A stretch of DNA of 64,000 nucleotides from Desulfobacterales bacterium (lineage in GTDB: Bacteria > Desulfobacterota > Desulfobacteria > Desulfobacterales > UBA5852), in the NCBI GenBank assembly GCA_963674755.2, contig CAXXVS010000002.1, forward strand, positions 128,001 to 192,000, in the 5' to 3' direction. The translations under genes and the position numbers were made by a program. The first letter of the stretch is position 1; every line of letters starts with the position of its first letter. Positions 60,475 through 64,000 of this stretch are shown here, piece by piece. A model generated the notes under the pieces. That model searched no databases and was not told the DNA's origin. It worked only from the letters and a program-made list of their open reading frames with translations.

Positions 60475-60921
60475 ATGCCGCATAAATTCGCCATTTACTC
60501 CACCGACATCGCTGCCACGCTGACACCCTCCGAGGCGGATCCGGCGCCGGCCACCCTGGTGGAGCTGGACCAGGACCCCACCCTGGGGGGCGAGTACGAT
60601 CCCGAGGCGGGCCAGGCCGGGCGCGGCAGCGTGATCCCCACGGTCGGCGGGGCGGTGTTCCAGGAGTTCCCGTCCAGGCTTTCCGACCAGCGCATCGCCT
60701 TCTCCGACACGGACGCGCTCGAGGAGGACACGGTGGAGGCCCTGCGCACGCTGTTCACCACGGGCGGGGAGTGGTTCTTCACGGACGGCTACAACTGCTG
60801 GCGGGTACGCTTCCTGCGGCCGGACGGCCTGAAAGTGCGGCGCAATCTGCTGTGGAGCTATCACGGCGCGCCGCGCTGGTCCTATGAAATCACCCTGGTG
60901 CCGGTGGAGGCCATGCTTTAA
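60475..60921 (+). CDS. Putative distal tail protein
   Basis: 148 aa, immediately after the tape measure gene, SD GGAG. Confidence 0.5.
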   Translation: MPHKFAIYSTDIAATLTPSEADPAPATLVELDQDPTLGGEYDPEAGQAGRGSVIPTVGGAVFQEFPSRLSDQRIAFSDTDALEEDTVEALRTLFTTGGEWFFTDGYNCWRVRFLRPDGLKVRRNLLWSYHGAPRWSYEITLVPVEAML

Positions 60922-63758
60922 TGCCCTATGACTGGAAAATAGAGCTGGACGGCGTGGACATCACCGACAAGGTGGCCCGCTTTGATATCGCCACCGACCT
61001 GGCCCAATACTGCCGGGAGCTGACCGTGGACATCGCCGACCCGGCTTACTATGCGATGTTCGACTTTTCGATGATCCCCAGCGCGCCCGCCCTGGAGGTG
61101 TTCACCAAAACCGGCGACACCTGGGTGAGCCAGGGCAGGTATTTCGTGGAGCGCCCGGCTATATCCTCCGACATCCACCAGGACGTGATCACCGGCCTGT
61201 GGGGCCGCGGCGAAACCGCCCGCCTGGGGGCCCCGTTTGCGCCGCGGGTTTCCAAAATGTGGACCGCGGACACCTCCTTTTTTGCCATCTGCGCCGAAAT
61301 GTGCGCCCTGTCCGGCCTCACCTGGGACGACAGCCAGAGCAGCATCGAGGATTTTTACGTTTTCGCGTACACCTTCCAGGTGGAAAACGCCTACCCCATC
61401 GACGTGATCGCCGAGCTGTGCGAGCTGGCCGGCGCCATCGCGACCGCCGACCGCCTGGGCCGGGTGCGCATCCTGGCCCGCGACTACGCCCCCGCCGCGG
61501 CCGTGGTCACCATTACAGACGACGACTGGGCCAGCATCAGCGAAACCCCGGTGTGGCCCGATTTCGGCAACCGGGTGCGCATCATTCCCACCGACAACCT
61601 GGCCGGCTACAGCCTGGCCATGACCGTGCCCTGCCTGCCCGCCGACGGCGCCAGCCGGGCCCGGGTTTATGCCCGGGTGACCGATGCCGACGGCAACCCG
61701 CTGGACGGCCAGGTGGTCACCTGGAGCCTTGCCGGCAGCCTATCGGCGGCCCTGATTTATACCGCCACCAACACCGGCACCACCATTATGCCCGCCGAGG
61801 AGGTGCGCGCCCAAAGCCATTACCAGCTTGGCCTTGCCGTTCCACCGGCCGCCATCCTGGGGGTCTACGCTTACGCCGACCGGGCCCGCAAAACCGACCT
61901 GGCCCTTGCCGGCTATACCATCGACGGCACCACCGTGACCCTGGCCGAGCCGCTGAAATACTGCGACCAGCTGGTGCGGGTGATCTACACGGCCGCCGGC
62001 ATGGCCGTTAATTTCGTGCAGGCCGGGCTTTCCGCCGAGGACATCGAGGTGGCGGCCGCCGTGTCCGGCCAAAGCGCCGCGGCCGCCATCTATATCGGCA
62101 ACGGCTGCCGCTGCCCGGCCAGCCTGCGCCTGGCCGCCGTGCCCGCCAGCATCGTGACCGGCGAAACCGCCAAGCTGATCGTTTACGCCGAGGAGGGCGG
62201 CGGGCCCATCAGCGACGGCCGCCTGGTGCGCCTGGCCGAGCGCACGGCCCTGGGCGTTTTAAGCTGGACCACGGCCCGGCTGGGCCAGGTGGCCGTTTCC
62301 AATGAGCGCACCAGCGCGGTAAACGAGATCGCCGGCGCGAGCCAATGCCAGCTTGAGCGCTTCCCGGTGGACGGCACCGTGCGCATCTACAGGGCCGGGC
62401 TGGAGGGCGCGCCCACCGGCGCCAACCTTTATGCGGGCCACAACGGCAAGACCGTGGACCTTGCCACGCCCCTGGAAACCGGCACCGAGCTGGTGGCCCA
62501 CTACACGGCCCGGGGCGCGGCCCTGGCCCATTTTGCGGGCACCCTGGCCGGCACGGCCTATTTTAGGGCCAGCATGCCCACCAACCGCGAGGCCCCCCTG
62601 GAGGCCGAGGCCAGCCTGCGCATTACCGACCCCACCGACCCCACCAGCGGCGACACCGGCGAGGACTACACGCCCGGCGGCTATGGCGGCGTGGGCGGCG
62701 ACGACGGCGGCCTGGACACCTCATGGCAGGCCGGGGGGTGCCTGCTGGACGACGGCAGCGTGGTGCAGTGCGAGGACGACCCCGGCGACGACTGGGCCCA
62801 AAGTAAAACCTGCTGCGAAAAAAACGGCGTGCCCGGGTGCTGGCCGCGCAGCGCGTGCGACGACAGCCAGCCGCAATTCAACTGCATCCCGGCCAATATC
62901 AGCGACAACCCGGACGCCACGGCCGTGGACCGTTTCGGGGCCAGCGCCGAGGTGGGCTGCACCTGTGAGGAAATGTGCCGGGCCGAATTGGCCGCCTACG
63001 GCACAACCCAGGGCTATGACGGCGGCAGCTACCGCACGGTGGAGGAGATCGTGGCGGACCAAGGCCTGGCCTATGAGGAGGGCGGCGACAACGCCGCCTA
63101 TAACGAGGCCTATGGCCAGGTGGAGGGCGCCGCCCTGGCCGACTGCATTGCCGCTTGCGAAACCCTGGCGTTTAGCTGCGCGGACACCAACCCCGAGACC
63201 ATCGGCTACCGGCAGACCGTGAGCATCGCCGTGACCGGCGGCCGGCCGCCCTTTGCCTGGTCGGTATCGGGCGACTTTACCCTGGGCGCGGCCGAGACCC
63301 AGGGCCGGGCCAACACCTTGGGCGCCGAGGAGGGGGCCTGCGGCAGCGTGGGAGTAACCGTGACCGACGCCGATGGCAAGACCGTGGTTTGCACCCTGCG
63401 CCACACCGACGGAAAGTGGAAAGCCCTGCCCGTATCGCCCGATTGCATCATTTCCGGCCCGCCCAGCGGCGACGACCACACGGTGCTGATCGAGGGCCGC
63501 TACCGGGTGGATGAGTCGAAAATCATGCGCTATCGGTGCAGCCTGGGCGGCGAGTGGATAGACAACTGCACCTGCAACAACTGCGCCGCTACGCTGACGC
63601 CCTGCATCAAAGACGGCAATGAGATATGCCCCAATGGCGGCCAGTACTGCCCCAACGGTCTTGACTGCTACAAGGAGGAGGAGATCGGCGGTTACTCTAC
63701 CCGCACCGTCCATTGTCTGGATTATGCGTGGCGCATCCAAAGCGAATGGGTTTGCTAA
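60921..63758 (+). CDS. Tail tip/hub protein with Ig-like domains and a Cys-rich C-terminus
   Basis: Hub-like N-terminus; invasin-like segment LPADG...ARVTDADGNPL.GQ.V.W. Confidence 0.7.
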   Translation: MPYDWKIELDGVDITDKVARFDIATDLAQYCRELTVDIADPAYYAMFDFSMIPSAPALEVFTKTGDTWVSQGRYFVERPAISSDIHQDVITGLWGRGETARLGAPFAPRVSKMWTADTSFFAICAEMCALSGLTWDDSQSSIEDFYVFAYTFQVENAYPIDVIAELCELAGAIATADRLGRVRILARDYAPAAAVVTITDDDWASISETPVWPDFGNRVRIIPTDNLAGYSLAMTVPCLPADGASRARVYARVTDADGNPLDGQVVTWSLAGSLSAALIYTATNTGTTIMPAEEVRAQSHYQLGLAVPPAAILGVYAYADRARKTDLALAGYTIDGTTVTLAEPLKYCDQLVRVIYTAAGMAVNFVQAGLSAEDIEVAAAVSGQSAAAAIYIGNGCRCPASLRLAAVPASIVTGETAKLIVYAEEGGGPISDGRLVRLAERTALGVLSWTTARLGQVAVSNERTSAVNEIAGASQCQLERFPVDGTVRIYRAGLEGAPTGANLYAGHNGKTVDLATPLETGTELVAHYTARGAALAHFAGTLAGTAYFRASMPTNREAPLEAEASLRITDPTDPTSGDTGEDYTPGGYGGVGGDDGGLDTSWQAGGCLLDDGSVVQCEDDPGDDWAQSKTCCEKNGVPGCWPRSACDDSQPQFNCIPANISDNPDATAVDRFGASAEVGCTCEEMCRAELAAYGTTQGYDGGSYRTVEEIVADQGLAYEEGGDNAAYNEAYGQVEGAALADCIAACETLAFSCADTNPETIGYRQTVSIAVTGGRPPFAWSVSGDFTLGAAETQGRANTLGAEEGACGSVGVTVTDADGKTVVCTLRHTDGKWKALPVSPDCIISGPPSGDDHTVLIEGRYRVDESKIMRYRCSLGGEWIDNCTCNNCAATLTPCIKDGNEICPNGGQYCPNGLDCYKEEEIGGYSTRTVHCLDYAWRIQSEWVC

Positions 63759-63772
63759 AGGAGGTTTGACGG

Positions 63773-64000
63773 ATGCCAAAGCCAAACATCGAGCGAGCCC
63801 TGGGGGCCATTAATCCCGGGCGCCTGCATGAACTGATAGCCCTTTATGACCTGTTGACCCGCGCCGGGCTCGATATGGCCGCCCTGCGCCGCTACCTGGA
63901 CGAGCGCACGGCCGCCGCGGCCGAGCGCCTGGCCCGGGAAAACGAGCAGGTGCGGCTTTATAACGAGCAGGCCCGCCGCTGTCCGGACTGCGGCCGAGTG
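63773..64000 (+). CDS. Hypothetical phage protein, partial, with CxxC
   Basis: SD AAGGAGG; MPKPNIERALG...RRCPDCGRV, open to the window end. Confidence 0.6.
   Translation, partial: MPKPNIERALGAINPGRLHELIALYDLLTRAGLDMAALRRYLDERTAAAAERLARENEQVRLYNEQARRCPDCGRV

Larger units (their letters stand above)
41777..64000. mobile_element. Prophage (lambdoid head, long-tail module), probably defective; continues beyond the window
   Basis: att site, terminase fragment, portal, S49 protease, capsid, tail and tape measure genes in canonical order. Confidence 0.9.

Noticed and set aside
63400..63758. Diversity-generating retroelement target
   Set aside because: No template repeat or reverse transcriptase in the window; untestable here.
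44461..64000. Domesticated gene transfer agent
   Set aside because: The att site, replication remnants and a terminase lacking Walker A fit a decaying prophage better; a GTA needs an intact packaging ATPase.

Overview
GC-rich bacterial chromosome. Gene style and repeat families suggest a Desulfobacterales-like deltaproteobacterium, but this is inference. The window has four blocks. (1) 1-16.1 kb: a sugar-acid/hexuronate catabolic locus (two TRAP systems, ROK and IclR regulators with candidate operators, KdgF-like cupin, eda, kdgK, kduI, kduD, three Gfo/Idh/MocA enzymes, yiaK) interspersed with ERIC-like/MITE repeats. (2) 16.1-23.5 kb: a stand-alone Na+-type ATP synthase F0 cassette (atpZ-I-B-E'-E-F'-F, no F1 genes) containing a four-hairpin fused c subunit with only one essential Glu, then a cytidylate-kinase-like gene and an amidase. 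(3) 23.6-41 kb: an IS630 element and a carboxylic-acid catabolic cluster (two GntR paralogs, divergent SucCD/citryl-CoA-synthetase-like ligase, CitE-type lyase, divergent Sdh/Frd, TRAP, split class I fumarase, MmgE/PrpD, UspA). (4) 41.8-64 kb: a prophage bounded by a tRNA-Val(CAC) 3' fragment. Its early region is largely deleted (in-frame primase-terminase chimera, origin-like iterons), it carries an AT-rich cargo with a two-pore K+-channel-like gene, and its lambdoid head and siphovirus-like tail genes look largely intact except for a G7 frameshift in the tape measure gene. The strongest novelty candidate is the F0 cassette with the four-hairpin c subunit.
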